This document shows positions 38,010 to 47,478 of a stretch of DNA of 64,000 nucleotides, in pieces. The DNA is taken from positions 6,907 through 70,906 of the forward strand of contig CAMTYE010000010.1 of NCBI GenBank assembly GCA_947085935.1, read 5' to 3'. Source of the stretch: an uncultured Actinomycetes bacterium (GTDB lineage Bacteria > Actinomycetota > Coriobacteriia > Anaerosomatales > CAMTYE01). The position numbers were made by a program, and so were the translations under genes. Every line of letters starts with the position of its first letter. Position 1 is the stretch's first letter. The notes below the pieces were generated by a model. The model ran no database searches. It was not told where the DNA came from and saw only the letters and a program-made list of their open reading frames with translations.

Positions 38010-39127
38010 GTAAGGACCTCCCGAATGTCGAACAGCATGGCTTCGACCGCCAGCTGCGGACTCACATTATACGAGATGCGCCGTCGGGCTTCGTTGACGG
38101 CATTGAGAGCGCGTGCGCAGGCACCGGGGGTAATCACGGCGCCGACTTCTTGCATGGCATCGATGACGTCGCGATTCGCGACCAGATCCTCGACACCCTG
38201 GGAGATGGCCAAGCAATCCCTCAGCCAACTCTCCGCGATATTGAGGACTTCTGCAATGCCCTCCCGCTCGCGTGCGGTCAGTTCACGCTTGTGCCTGCCC
38301 TCGACCGCCTTGCCGACGGACGCGCCGGAGAACTCCTCCCGCTGCTTGATCTCTGCGGCCTGCGCGACCTTGAGCTCGTCCACCGGCGCCTTGGCGAGCG
38401 CGAGGAGCGCCTTGGCCGAAGTCAGCACATCGAGCTCGTCGAAGACGGCCAGGTCCTTGAGGGTCGCGAGCATCCGATCGCGAGCCGCCTGCCGACCTGA
38501 AGACGCGAGGAACTCAGCAGCGCGGACGAGCACGCCTCCCGTGGCGGCGAGCGCGGCGGCGGCCTCCTCGGAACCCGCACCGGTGCGCGTCTCGAGAAGA
38601 CGGGCCGCCTCTGAGGGCGAGACGCGGGAGAACCTGACCACCTGACAACGGGATGCGATCGTGGGAAGCACCGAGTCGTACCTGGGCGCCAGCAGGATCA
38701 TGACCGCATGCGGCGGCGGCTCCTCGAGCGTCTTGAGTAGCGCGTTGGCACAGCTGTCGTTGAACATGTCCGCCTGATCGAGCACGTAGAACGTATGCGA
38801 TGCCTCGACGGGCCGCATCTGCACATCGTGGATCAACGGGCGTATCTGCTCGTCGAGCAGGTAGCTGGCCGCACCTTCGGGCTCGAAGAGGCGAACATCG
38901 GGGTGCTGTCCCTTCTTGATGCGGTAACAGACCCTGCACGACCCACACCCGCCGTCATCGCACATGACCGCACACGCGAGTGCCCTGGCCGCCGTCTTCT
39001 TGCCGGCCCCGGGAGGCCCGACGAACAGGTACGCATGGGAGATGGTGCCGCTGTCGGCAGCGGCGCGCAGGTACTCGACGGCCTTGCGCTGGCCCATGAT
39101 GTCGTCCCAGACGCAGCCCTTGCTCAC
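37997..39127 (-). CDS. holB: DNA polymerase III delta-prime subunit
   Basis: HAYLFVGPPGAGKKT Walker A, zinc module CDDGGCGSCRVC, and the SRC motif (ASRCQVVRF). Confidence 0.9.
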   Translation of the reverse strand: MSKGCVWDDIMGQRKAVEYLRAAADSGTISHAYLFVGPPGAGKKTAARALACAVMCDDGGCGSCRVCYRIKKGQHPDVRLFEPEGAASYLLDEQIRPLIHDVQMRPVEASHTFYVLDQADMFNDSCANALLKTLEEPPPHAVMILLAPRYDSVLPTIASRCQVVRFSRVSPSEAARLLETRTGAGSEEAAAALAATGGVLVRAAEFLASSGRQAARDRMLATLKDLAVFDELDVLTSAKALLALAKAPVDELKVAQAAEIKQREEFSGASVGKAVEGRHKRELTAREREGIAEVLNIAESWLRDCLAISQGVEDLVANRDVIDAMQEVGAVITPGACARALNAVNEARRRISYNVSPQLAVEAMLFDIREVLTCPR

Positions 39128-39780
39128 GATCGCGCGCTCCGGAGGGCCGCCGCTATGACCGCCAGGCGCGACGTCACCGTGGCGACCACCGCTTCGTGAA
39201 CCTCGTCGGGCGTGCCGTGCGCGTCGATGGTCGCGATCCGGTCCGGCTCGCTCGCCGCGAGACGCAGGAAGCCCTCACGCACGCGCGCATGAAACGCGAC
39301 GTCCTCTGATTCCAGCCGGTCCGTGCCGACCTCGGTGGCCCGGCCCAGACCGAGCGCGGGGTCGATGTCGAGGAGTATGGTGAGGTCAGGCGTGACGCCC
39401 GCCGTCGCGATCTCATTCAGCTGCGTCACCTCGTCGAGCTCGAGCCCGCGCCCGTGTCCCTGATATGCCACGGTGGAGTCTGCGAACCTGTCGCACAGGA
39501 CGACGGACCCGACCGACAGGGCAGGAGCTATCCGTTGCGCCACGAGCTGAGCGCGTGAGGCCTCGTAGAGCAGCAGCTCCGCCCTCGCGTCGAGCTCTCC
39601 GTGGGATGGGTCGAGCAACAGGTCGCGGACCAGCTCGCCGAGTCGCGTTCCGCCGGGTTCGCGGAACACCGCTGTCACAAGCCCCGCCCGCTCGAACAGG
39701 GCCGCGAGTCTGGCGAGCTGCGTCGACTTGCCGCAGCCCTCGCCACCCTCGAACGTGATGAACACGCCGGCCGCGCTCAC
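39124..39780 (-). CDS. tmk: Thymidylate kinase
   Basis: ORF trimmed to GTG 39780 (GTGA overlap with the upstream stop). FITFEGGEGCGKSTQ P-loop and DRF motif. Confidence 0.9.
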   Translation of the reverse strand: MSAAGVFITFEGGEGCGKSTQLARLAALFERAGLVTAVFREPGGTRLGELVRDLLLDPSHGELDARAELLLYEASRAQLVAQRIAPALSVGSVVLCDRFADSTVAYQGHGRGLELDEVTQLNEIATAGVTPDLTILLDIDPALGLGRATEVGTDRLESEDVAFHARVREGFLRLAASEPDRIATIDAHGTPDEVHEAVVATVTSRLAVIAAALRSARS

Positions 39781-40355
39781 AGCGATCCCTCCGCCACAGT
39801 CTCGCGCCACTCTCGCGGCGCCATCGAATACAGGTCCGCACCGGTGACATCGATGGCCACCACGACCGGGAACTCACGAAGCTCGAGCCGTACGAGCGCC
39901 TCCGTGCCGAGTTCCGGGTACGCAACGATCTCTGCCGAGGAGACACGGGTGGCCAGGAGAGCCGCCGAACCTCCCACGGCCGCGAAGTAGACGGCTCCGG
40001 ACTCCCGGCACGCCGAGACGACCTCGGCCGAGCGGCCGCCCTTGCCGATCATAGCGGCGATACCGGCGTTCAGCAGGCGCGGCGTCCAGGGGTCCATGCG
40101 GGAGGCCGTCGTAGGTCCCACCGACCCGGCGGGGCGACCCGCAGCGGGAGGCGTGGGCCCGGCGTAGAAGAGAACCTGGCCTTTCAGGCCGTAGGGAAGC
40201 GCACCTTCGTGGGCGTCGAGTTCGGCGACGAGACGCGCATGCGTCGCGTCGCGAGCCGTGAAGACCGGCCCGCTCAACAGAAACTCGTCGCCTGCGCGAA
40301 GCGCCCCGAACTCGTCGGGTGATGCCGGAAGGAACATGCGTCCGGGATCAGACAC
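39777..40355 (-). CDS. Fe-S (class I) fumarate hydratase / tartrate dehydratase, beta subunit
   Basis: 192 aa with LSGPVFTARDATHARL, GPTTASRMD and IGKGGRS, the C-terminal-domain pattern of two-subunit class I fumarases. Confidence 0.85.
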   Translation of the reverse strand: MSDPGRMFLPASPDEFGALRAGDEFLLSGPVFTARDATHARLVAELDAHEGALPYGLKGQVLFYAGPTPPAAGRPAGSVGPTTASRMDPWTPRLLNAGIAAMIGKGGRSAEVVSACRESGAVYFAAVGGSAALLATRVSSAEIVAYPELGTEALVRLELREFPVVVAIDVTGADLYSMAPREWRETVAEGSL

Positions 40356-41808
40356 TCTCCTCGGCCACCTCCTCGCAGCGACGCCAGTTCAGAGTCCGAT
40401 AAGCGTACACCGCGGCCGCAAGCACAACCAGGGAGGCGAGTTGCAGGGCGACCTGGGAGCCGGTGATCGTGACGCTCGACGCCGCCATACCGCGTGACTC
40501 GACGATGGCCTTGACGATTCTGCCGGCGAGGTCGGCAACGGGCGCCATGACCAGCATCGACAGCAGCAGCGAGACCCGGATGACCGATTCCATGGCGGTG
40601 AACACGCGGCCGCGGATCTCATCGGCGACCGTGTGGATCACGTAGGTGTTGCCGGCCACGGTGACGATGGCCAGGCAGACGCCTGCCGTCACGGCGAAGA
40701 TGGCAGCCAGGCTGTAGGTGGTCACGCTCGCAAGCCCGAACATTGAAAGGCCGAAGCCGCCGACACCGCCCAGGAACAGCAGCTGCAGCGAGAGCCGCTC
40801 GGAGATGCGCGGGACGATCAGCGCGCCAAAGACCATACCGAACGCGAGGAAGACGAGCAGGAAGGTCTGTGGTGTGGCCGCCAGGCGCTGCAGGAACTCG
40901 ATGCGCTCGAAGATCGGCGACCGGCCGACGTTCACGTGCACGATGCCGACGGGGATGATCGTCCCACCCCCGAGGATCGCAGCGCCGACCGTGACGAGGA
41001 AGCCGCGCAGTTCGCGGTGCTCGCCGAGAAACCGGAACGACTCCACGACGTCGCGGCCGATGAGCGTGAGGTCCATCCTGGCTCCGCGATCCGCGGGCTT
41101 CGCAACGAGATGGATCCCCCAGATCGAGAGCGCCGACAGCAGGAACGTGAGGGTATCGAGGAAGACGCCGGCCCGCGGACCGAGAAGCGCCGGCTCGAAC
41201 AGGCCCACGAGGGAGGAGACGAGCGGCAGTCCGGCTGCCAGCACCCACCGCACGATCGCCTCGAACGCCGCGACGATGGCGCCGGACGCCAGCAGCCCGA
41301 TCAGCATGCTCGCCTGCTGGGTGGTGTAGGACAGCCCGTTCGCGGCGGTGACGTCCTCTTCTTCGACCAGATACGGGATGAGCGCGTTCTTCGCCGGGAA
41401 GAAGAAGAGCGAAGCCGTCTCCATGAGCAGCACGATCAGGTAGATGATCGCCAGATCGTTCGTGAACAGGAGGCCGAGAGCGAGCAGGGCACGCGCGAGA
41501 TCGCATGCGATCATCGTGCGGCGTCGGTCGAAACGGTCGACGAAGACCCCGATGACCGAGGAGAACAGCAGCGCAGGGATGATCTTGGCGATCATGATGC
41601 CGGCAACGGCGAACGATGAGCCGCCGGACAGCGAGGTCACGAGCGGCATCAGCAGACCGATGACGAGCCAGTCCCCGACACCGCTCACGAACTGGCTGAA
41701 CCACAAGCGCCGGAAGCCGCGGTTCGACAGCAATCGCCGATACCCGCCGCGTGACGCTTCGACCGCTTCGTAGGTCTGCATCCGCGGAGGGGTGTCCTCA
41801 GGCGACAT
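40348..41808 (-). CDS. MFS transporter (12-14 TM segments, substrate unknown)
   Basis: 486 aa polytopic protein with N-terminal RRLWFSQFVSGVGDW and an MFS-like repeat organisation. It overlaps both flanking fumarase genes (11 nt and 8 nt). Confidence 0.8.
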   Translation of the reverse strand: MSPEDTPPRMQTYEAVEASRGGYRRLLSNRGFRRLWFSQFVSGVGDWLVIGLLMPLVTSLSGGSSFAVAGIMIAKIIPALLFSSVIGVFVDRFDRRRTMIACDLARALLALGLLFTNDLAIIYLIVLLMETASLFFFPAKNALIPYLVEEEDVTAANGLSYTTQQASMLIGLLASGAIVAAFEAIVRWVLAAGLPLVSSLVGLFEPALLGPRAGVFLDTLTFLLSALSIWGIHLVAKPADRGARMDLTLIGRDVVESFRFLGEHRELRGFLVTVGAAILGGGTIIPVGIVHVNVGRSPIFERIEFLQRLAATPQTFLLVFLAFGMVFGALIVPRISERLSLQLLFLGGVGGFGLSMFGLASVTTYSLAAIFAVTAGVCLAIVTVAGNTYVIHTVADEIRGRVFTAMESVIRVSLLLSMLVMAPVADLAGRIVKAIVESRGMAASSVTITGSQVALQLASLVVLAAAVYAYRTLNWRRCEEVAEESV

Positions 41809-42637
41809 CCACGCTCACCGACCTGATCGCACAGCATCCCATGTTCACAGCGACCGGAAGACACGCGATGTGCGAGGGAGCGGTCGCGAGCCTGACCGCG
41901 AGAGCGGTCGTATCGCCACCGAGCCCCGCAGGACCGATTCCCAGGTCGTTGATCGCGTCGAGCAGTTCACGCTCGAACGCGGCCGCGCTCGGGTCCGGAT
42001 TGACGGCGGACACCGGTCGGAGCAGCGCTCGTTTCGCCAGCAGACCAACCTTGTCGAAGGTGGAGCCGACCGCGACGCCCACCACGAGCGGCGGACACGC
42101 CCCGGTCGCCTTGGCAGCGACCTGTTCGAGCACGAAGGAGCGAACGCCCTGCATGCCGCCGGCCGGCGGCAGCATCGCCACGGCGGAGGCGTTGTCCGAG
42201 CCGCCGCCCTTGAGCATGACGTGCACGCGCGCGCCGCTTCCGGACCGCACGGTGATGTCGACGAACGCGGGGGTGTTGTCCCCCGTGTTGCCCCGATCGA
42301 ACAACCCGTCACGAGCGACGCTCATGCGGAGCGCGCCCTCGGCGAATGCCGATGCGACCGCGGCGTCGATGCGCTCCTGCAACCTCGCGTCGAGGCGCTC
42401 CTGATCCCCGAGCTCGACCCAGACCCAGACCGTGCCGGTGTCCTGGCACAAGGGGACCCCGTCCCTCGATGCGATCCCCGCGTTCTCGATGAGCTGATCG
42501 AGCACGCGCCCGGCTCGCGGGGACCGCTCGACCGCGGCGGCCGCCCGCAGCGCCTCGAGCACGTCCGGACGGAGCCCGCTGGCAGCGCGCAGGACTCCCT
42601 CGTGAACGGCCCGCGCGATGTCGGCGGAATCGGCCAT
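41798..42637 (-). CDS. Fe-S (class I) fumarate hydratase / tartrate dehydratase, alpha subunit
   Basis: ORF trimmed to ATG 42637, 1 nt after the mdh stop. Motifs PLCQDTGTV, MLKGGGSDN and CPPLVVGVAVGST. Confidence 0.85.
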   Translation of the reverse strand: MADSADIARAVHEGVLRAASGLRPDVLEALRAAAAVERSPRAGRVLDQLIENAGIASRDGVPLCQDTGTVWVWVELGDQERLDARLQERIDAAVASAFAEGALRMSVARDGLFDRGNTGDNTPAFVDITVRSGSGARVHVMLKGGGSDNASAVAMLPPAGGMQGVRSFVLEQVAAKATGACPPLVVGVAVGSTFDKVGLLAKRALLRPVSAVNPDPSAAAFERELLDAINDLGIGPAGLGGDTTALAVRLATAPSHIACLPVAVNMGCCAIRSVSVDVA

Positions 42638-42638
42638 G

Positions 42639-43574
42639 TCAGCCCCTGAGTCCCATCGAGTCGAGCGCGTCGGTGATGGTTCCGGCGCTCGCTCGCAGCG
42701 CGGCGAGGTCGGCGGCGCTGAGCTCGAGCTCCGGGACGGCATGGACGCCCTGGCGGCCGAGTGTGGCCGGAACCGACATGTACACATCGGAGACGCCATA
42801 CTCGCCGTCGAGGTACACGCAGCTCGGCATCGTCTCGTGCGTGTCGCCGAGAATCGCCTCGACCATACGCACGACACTGGCGGCCGGCGCGTAGAACGCG
42901 CTGCCCGTCTTGAGCAACGCAACGACTTCCGCGCCGCCATAGACCGTGCGCTCGACGAGGTCGTCGAGATCGGCTGCGGGCAGGAGCTCGGTGAGCGGCG
43001 TCCCCGCCACGAGCGAGTGGGCCGGCAGCGGGACCATCGCATCCCCGTGAGCGCCGCACGCCATCGCCTCGACATCGTTGACCCGCACGCCGAGCCGCTC
43101 CGCGATCGCATAGGCGAACCGCGCGGAATCGAGCACGCCCCCCATGCCGAAGATGCGTGAGTGCGGCAGCCCCGTCACGGTCTGCGCGAGGTACGTCATG
43201 ATGTCGAGCGGGTTGGTCACGCACACGAAGATCGCATCGGGTGATGCCTCGAGCGCCGCCGGGAAGACTCCCCTGACGATGCCCGCGTTGGCGGCCAGAA
43301 GATCGTCCCGGGTCATTCCGGGTTTCCTCGGCAGACCGGCCGTGACCACGACCACGTCCGAGCCGGACGTGTCGGAGTACGCGTTGGTGCCGGTGATGCG
43401 GGGCGCGAAGCCTTCGACCGACCGGGAGTGCATCATGTCGAGCGCCTTGCCCTGGGGCAGGCCCTCGGCGACATCGATCATCACCACGTCGGCGACGTCT
43501 TTGTTGGCGAGCAGGAACGCGGCGGTCGCGCCGACCTGACCGGCACCGACGACGGTGACCTTGGGAAGCGACAT
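42639..43574 (-). CDS. mdh: Malate dehydrogenase (LDH-like family)
   Basis: ORF trimmed to ATG 43574 (GAGGAGGG RBS). VVGAGQVGATAAF Rossmann motif. TAGLPRKPGMTRDDL carries the MDH-type Arg rather than the LDH Gln. Confidence 0.85.
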   Translation of the reverse strand: MSLPKVTVVGAGQVGATAAFLLANKDVADVVMIDVAEGLPQGKALDMMHSRSVEGFAPRITGTNAYSDTSGSDVVVVTAGLPRKPGMTRDDLLAANAGIVRGVFPAALEASPDAIFVCVTNPLDIMTYLAQTVTGLPHSRIFGMGGVLDSARFAYAIAERLGVRVNDVEAMACGAHGDAMVPLPAHSLVAGTPLTELLPAADLDDLVERTVYGGAEVVALLKTGSAFYAPAASVVRMVEAILGDTHETMPSCVYLDGEYGVSDVYMSVPATLGRQGVHAVPELELSAADLAALRASAGTITDALDSMGLRG

Positions 43575-43684
43575 ACGGAGAAGCCCTCCTCGGCTGCGTG
43601 AGCCCCATGTGGCGAACGGCCCGAGTGGGCGTCGCGATACGTTCGGTTCCGCCGAGGATTCTACCATCTGGCGCCCATCGGGCT

Positions 43685-44377
43685 CTACGCGTCCGACGGA
43701 TACTCCGTGGTCACCCTTCGGCCGGAGTGCACCGCGAGGCGCTGTGAGAGGATCGGGGGAAGCGTCGGCATCGGCTCGCGCGGCTCCGGCGACGGAGCAG
43801 GCACCTCGAGATCGACGGTCAGTATCTGCTCCTCGTCGCTGGTGGCCTCGGCAAGCACGGCACCGAGGTAGCAGATCGCGCTGGCGCCGTGCCCGATGTC
43901 ACCCGGATCGGCGCCGACCGGCTCGGCGATCAAGACGAGCCCGACGTACGCCGCGCTGGCGGCGAGCGCCCGCTCTATGACCGCCTCGGCCTGCAGGTCG
44001 GACTCGCTCAGCGGTCGCCAGATCCATGCCTGTGCGGCGGCGACCTCGCCTTCGGGCCCTTCGAGGAGGCACTCGTCGCCGAGCATGAGCGCCGTGCGCC
44101 CGAGCGGGCTGTCCGATACCCTCGGCTCGGGATGACGCTCAGGGGGCCGAAGGGCGAGCATCAACGCCGTTCCGGCGGCGCACTCGTCCAGAGCTTCGAG
44201 CACGCGGACACGCACGGAGGGATCGTCTGAGGTCGCGATCGACGGTACCCACGGGCAGACCACCAGATCGGCACCCCCGGCGCACGCCTGCACCACGAGG
44301 GCCTTGAGCGCGGCCACGTCTTCGGCGACCGTCGAGCGCACGCGATGCTGGAGCACCGATATCCTCACGCGAGACAC
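43685..44377 (-). CDS. Hypothetical protein with weak carbon-nitrogen hydrolase-like pattern (catalytic Glu-Lys-Cys not evident)
   Basis: 230 aa. N-terminus RISVLQHRV...GADLVVCPW resembles the nitrilase-superfamily start, but PE and the catalytic Lys are missing. The coding call rests on its position and length. Confidence 0.45.
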   Translation of the reverse strand: MSRVRISVLQHRVRSTVAEDVAALKALVVQACAGGADLVVCPWVPSIATSDDPSVRVRVLEALDECAAGTALMLALRPPERHPEPRVSDSPLGRTALMLGDECLLEGPEGEVAAAQAWIWRPLSESDLQAEAVIERALAASAAYVGLVLIAEPVGADPGDIGHGASAICYLGAVLAEATSDEEQILTVDLEVPAPSPEPREPMPTLPPILSQRLAVHSGRRVTTEYPSDA

Positions 44378-44436
44378 CTCCGCAGGCCGGGATAGTACAG
44401 TTCATCCCCGAACAGCGGCCCTCGCATCGCGTGATG

Positions 44437-46812
44437 CTACGACTTCTTGCGCGTGGCGCCCTTCTTGGCGGCGGGTTTGCGGGGCTTGGCCGCGGCACCC
44501 TTGCCCCGGGCGGGCTTGGTCCTGTCGGGCTTGGCCGGACAGTCAGGGTCGATGCAGATCTTCCATGGGCCCTTCTTGGTGTGCACGATCACCTTGGGGG
44601 CGCCGCATGGTTCGCAGATCTCATCGGTCGCCTCGATCTCGCCCGACTGGGGCAACGGGTAGGAGACGGGGTGCTCTTTGGAGTCGAAGTTCTCGCAGCG
44701 GACGTAGCGGCTCCCGACCTGGGAGTACTTGACCTTGAGCGAGCCTTCGCACTTCGGGCACTTCCCGACCGATATCTCGGGCCCCTTCTTGGTCGAGCAG
44801 TCGACCGACAGGCACATCGTGCGCGCCGGACGCTTGAACTGCATGACCTTGACCTGCGGCGATCCGCAGACCGGGCACATCTCCTCAAGCGCGGCGAACT
44901 TGGCGTTCTTGGGCAGCGGATACGTGACGTCACAGTCCGGGTAGCCGGCACAGCCGACGAAGTACGCGCGGTTCTTCGGCGAGTACTTGATCAGCAGGTC
45001 GTGACCGGACGTGGGGCACACGCCCACCTTCGCGTCCTCGTCCGCGGCCGCCTTGAGCGCGTCGCCGACTTCGGGCACGTGTTTCATGAGGTGGTCCATG
45101 ACCTCAGCGAGCAGCTCGCGCGAGTGCGAAACGACCTTCTCCCGTGTGTTGCGGGCGTTGGCGATCCCGTCCATCTCGCTTTCCAGCTCGGCCGTCATCT
45201 CGGGGCTCGTGATCCGCTCCGCGTTCGCGACGAGCGCGTCGATGACGGATCGGCCCTTGCAGGTGGGCTCGACCGGATCACCCGTGGTGTACTTGCGATC
45301 CTCGAGCGTCTGGATGATGTCGTGGCGCGTCGCCTTGGTGCCGAGACCGCGCTTCTCCATCTCCTGGATGAGCTTGCCCTGGGAGTAGCGGGACGGCGGC
45401 TGGGTCTGCTTCGCCTCGGTGCGTGCTCCGAGGAACTCGCACTCGTCACCCTGCGCGAGCGCCGGAAGCTGCTCGTCCTTCTTCATACCGTAGTGATAGA
45501 CGGCGCGAAAGCCGGGTGAGATCACGACGTCGCCGCGAGCGACGAACCGCTCGGAGTTCACATCTATCCCAACCTTGGTGCTCTCGAGGACCGCGGGGCC
45601 CGAAAGCGTGGCCATGAACCGTCGCGACACGAGGTTGTAGAGCTTGAACGCCTCGGGCTTGAGCTTCTCGGGGTCCGCCGCTGCCGTCGGGGTGATCGGC
45701 GGGTGGTCAGTCGACTCCTTCGCGCCGCGTGTGGGCTTGAGCGGCCCGCTCTTGAGGATACGCTGCACATGCTCGTGGTACGCGGGCACCGCATCGAGGG
45801 ACCGCAGGATCGCAAGCAGGTCGAGGCTGTCCGGGTACACCGTGTTGTCGACCCGCGGGTAGCTGATCAGTCCGTCCATGTACAGGGACTCCGCGATGCG
45901 CATCGTGCGCGCCGGAGACAGGCCTTCCGACGAAGCGGCCCCCAGCAACGACGTCGTGTTGAACGGGGCAGGCGCAGCCACGCTCCGACGCTTGGTCTCG
46001 GCCTCGACCACCTCACCGGTCGCCCTGCCCTCGACCGCCAGCATCACCCGTTCCGCTTCCTCTGCCGAGGAGAACCGGTCCGTCGCATGCGCCGCCGCGA
46101 ACTCCTCGCCACCACGGGCGAAGCTCGCGCGAACGACCCAGTAGTCCTCTGAGACGAAGGCCTCGCGCTCGCGCTCGCGATCGACGATCAGCTTGAGAGT
46201 CGGCGTCTGTACCCGGCCGGCGCTGAGGACATCCCCGTACGGACGGCGGGTCTTGGCCTGGAACGCCAGAGAGAGATAGCGCGTGAGCACGGCTCCCCAG
46301 ATCAGATCGATGTCCTGGCGTGTGGCACCGGCGTCCGCGAGCTCGTCGGAGAGCATGGCGCGCTCTTCGAGCGCCTTCTCGATCTCCTCGCGGGTGATCG
46401 CGGAGAACCGGGCGCGGGTGATCTCCACATCGGGATTGACGCGCTGGACGACCGCCCTGGCATCGGCACCGATGAGCTCGCCCTCACGGTCGAAGTCGGT
46501 TGCGATGATGACCGCGTCGGCCTTCTTGGCGAGGCTTTCAAGCGAGCGGACGATACCCTTCTCCGCAGCCTCCTTGACCACATCCACGTGAACGAGGTCG
46601 GGCAGCTCATCGAGCACCCAACGCGAGAACCCCTCGGCAAAATCGACTTTCATGATGTGGCCCTTGAGCCCGATGCTCACCCAGTCCTCGTTGTCGCGAC
46701 GGAACCGGTAGACCGGAGTCGTGTAGACCTTCTCGGCCGACGGCGTACCGACCGCGAGTATCTCGGCGATGCGTCGTGCCGCGATGTTCTTCTCGGAGAT
46801 GATGAGCTTCAT
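44437..46812 (-). CDS. Type IA DNA topoisomerase, Topo III/archaeal-TopA-like, with four C-terminal zinc ribbons and a Lys-rich tail
   Basis: Toprim N-terminus MKLIISEKNIAARRIA with DFDREGE. Active-site region SAGRVQTPTL. Four Cys4-type ribbons (for example CPVCGSP...C..DC). Tail is KPARGKGAAAKPRKPAAKKGATRKKS. Confidence 0.88.
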   Translation of the reverse strand: MKLIISEKNIAARRIAEILAVGTPSAEKVYTTPVYRFRRDNEDWVSIGLKGHIMKVDFAEGFSRWVLDELPDLVHVDVVKEAAEKGIVRSLESLAKKADAVIIATDFDREGELIGADARAVVQRVNPDVEITRARFSAITREEIEKALEERAMLSDELADAGATRQDIDLIWGAVLTRYLSLAFQAKTRRPYGDVLSAGRVQTPTLKLIVDREREREAFVSEDYWVVRASFARGGEEFAAAHATDRFSSAEEAERVMLAVEGRATGEVVEAETKRRSVAAPAPFNTTSLLGAASSEGLSPARTMRIAESLYMDGLISYPRVDNTVYPDSLDLLAILRSLDAVPAYHEHVQRILKSGPLKPTRGAKESTDHPPITPTAAADPEKLKPEAFKLYNLVSRRFMATLSGPAVLESTKVGIDVNSERFVARGDVVISPGFRAVYHYGMKKDEQLPALAQGDECEFLGARTEAKQTQPPSRYSQGKLIQEMEKRGLGTKATRHDIIQTLEDRKYTTGDPVEPTCKGRSVIDALVANAERITSPEMTAELESEMDGIANARNTREKVVSHSRELLAEVMDHLMKHVPEVGDALKAAADEDAKVGVCPTSGHDLLIKYSPKNRAYFVGCAGYPDCDVTYPLPKNAKFAALEEMCPVCGSPQVKVMQFKRPARTMCLSVDCSTKKGPEISVGKCPKCEGSLKVKYSQVGSRYVRCENFDSKEHPVSYPLPQSGEIEATDEICEPCGAPKVIVHTKKGPWKICIDPDCPAKPDRTKPARGKGAAAKPRKPAAKKGATRKKS

Positions 46813-46904
46813 GCACTGCCTGTTCCGGCGGAGGGCGGGTGGTCTTTGCGAGTATATACCGCTGCGTCAAGCCCTCTACTGTCCGAACCTGACCACAGCC
46901 CGGC

Positions 46905-47456
46905 CTACAGGCCGATCTCGCTCGCCCGCCTCTGCATCGCAGCAAGACAGATGCCGAGGAACTCCTCGCGGCTCAGGCCCAGCTCCTCGCAGGCCGCCAT
47001 CTGCTCGCGCGACGCGCCGCGCGCGAAGGCCTTCTCTTTCCACCGCTTGAGCAGCGAGCGCAGCTCCACGTTGGCCAGAGACTTGTCGGGCCGGACGAGC
47101 GCGGCGGCCACGATGAACCCCGTCGTGGGATCGGCGGCATACAGCGACCTGTCCATCGGCGTCTCCCGCGGCGCCTTGTCCGCGTGGGCCAGGATCGCGT
47201 GGATCGTTTCATCATCGACACGGCCGGCCAGCTCGGCGGCGGTCACGAGGCCGTGGCGATCGAAGTCCTCGGCGGTCTCCGCGTAGTCGAGGTCGTGCAA
47301 GAGGCCCGCAAGGCCCCAGCGGGCGGTATCCGCTTCGTCGAGGCCGAAGTGCCCGGCGAGCGCCTCCATGAGCACCTCGGCGGCTACGCTGTGGTTCACG
47401 AGATTGCGGTTGGGAATGCGCTCCGAAACGAGCGCGAACGCCTGCGAGCGATCCAC
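46905..47456 (-). CDS. HD-domain phosphohydrolase (COG2316-like)
   Basis: HSVAAEV...GLLHDLDY is the HD motif. 183 aa. Confidence 0.75.
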   Translation of the reverse strand: MDRSQAFALVSERIPNRNLVNHSVAAEVLMEALAGHFGLDEADTARWGLAGLLHDLDYAETAEDFDRHGLVTAAELAGRVDDETIHAILAHADKAPRETPMDRSLYAADPTTGFIVAAALVRPDKSLANVELRSLLKRWKEKAFARGASREQMAACEELGLSREEFLGICLAAMQRRASEIGL

Positions 47457-47478
47457 CTGATGCTCCCTCCGACCGGTG

